Assembly: GCA_014905635.1 (NCBI GenBank)
Contig: JABVCE010000002.1
Span: 1,922,001-1,986,000 of the forward strand
Direction of reading: 5' to 3'
Length of the DNA: 64,000 nucleotides
Source of the DNA: Scenedesmus sp. PABB004
Lineage: Eukaryota
Numbering within the stretch: position 1 is the stretch's first letter; each line of letters begins with the position of its first letter. The position numbers and the translations under genes were made by a program. Under the pieces are notes generated by a model, which saw only the letters and a list, made by a program, of their open reading frames with translations, was not told the origin of the DNA and did not search any database. Positions 63,846 through 64,000 of the stretch are shown piece by piece.

Positions 63846-64000
63846 ATGGCGGACGACGTCGAGAAGGCCATCCTCATCACCTTTGGCGCCGGCGGCGGCG
63901 ACCAGGCGCTCAAGGCGCGCGCGGCGCGGCCGGCAGGCGCCGCGCGACGCGGCCAGCGGCGGCAGCGGCGCGCGCCGCCGCCCGGCCGCCGCGGCCGCCG
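63846..64000 (+). CDS. First exon (and intron start) of a probable exportin-T/PAUSED
   Basis: MADDVEKAILITFGAGGGDQALK resembles the recalled plant PAUSED N-terminus (MDDLEQAIVISF..ALK); it is followed by an AG|GC donor. Confidence 0.6.
   Translation, partial: MADDVEKAILITFGAGGGDQALKARAARPAGAARRGQRRQRRAPPPGRRGR

Overview
This is eukaryotic nuclear DNA of very high GC content (about 80% by eye). It is gene-dense, with short C/G-rich spliceosomal introns, TGTAA poly(A) signals and plastid-targeted genes (MinD, CRD1-type cyclase, PHR2). That fits a chlorophyte green alga, probably Chlorophyceae/Sphaeropleales (inference). Most long ORFs in the supplied track are GC artefacts; I rebuilt the real genes by joining exons by hand, so coordinates are gene spans (ATG to stop) and some starts are approximate. 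There are about 26 genes, in order: BK/Slo-like K+ channel (partial), E(z)/CLF PRC2 methyltransferase, a Ycf45-subdomain-like protein, uL24, RavA/MoxR ATPase, RSRC2/SMAP protein, SBP transcription factor, divergent SET protein, UBTD-like protein, NSUN6, DUF218, ADS/FAD5-type desaturase, CNX2/MoaA, a VHL-domain protein, CRD1, PHR2, WW-DEAD-box helicase, Jagunal, MnSOD, RING-H2 E3, an orphan C4HC3-finger protein, MinD, prefoldin 5, UPL6-like HECT E3, a coiled-coil protein and the first exon of exportin-T. I saw no rRNA, tRNA, CRISPR array or transposase. The main oddities are: a VHL-like protein with an apparently intact hydroxyproline pocket next to CRD1; a ~390-bp direct repeat of a bidirectional promoter bracketing NSUN6 and DUF218; frequent AG|GC splice donors; and a 46-bp tandem array that repeats a gene's last codons and stop in all three frames. 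All family calls come from recalled motifs, not database searches.
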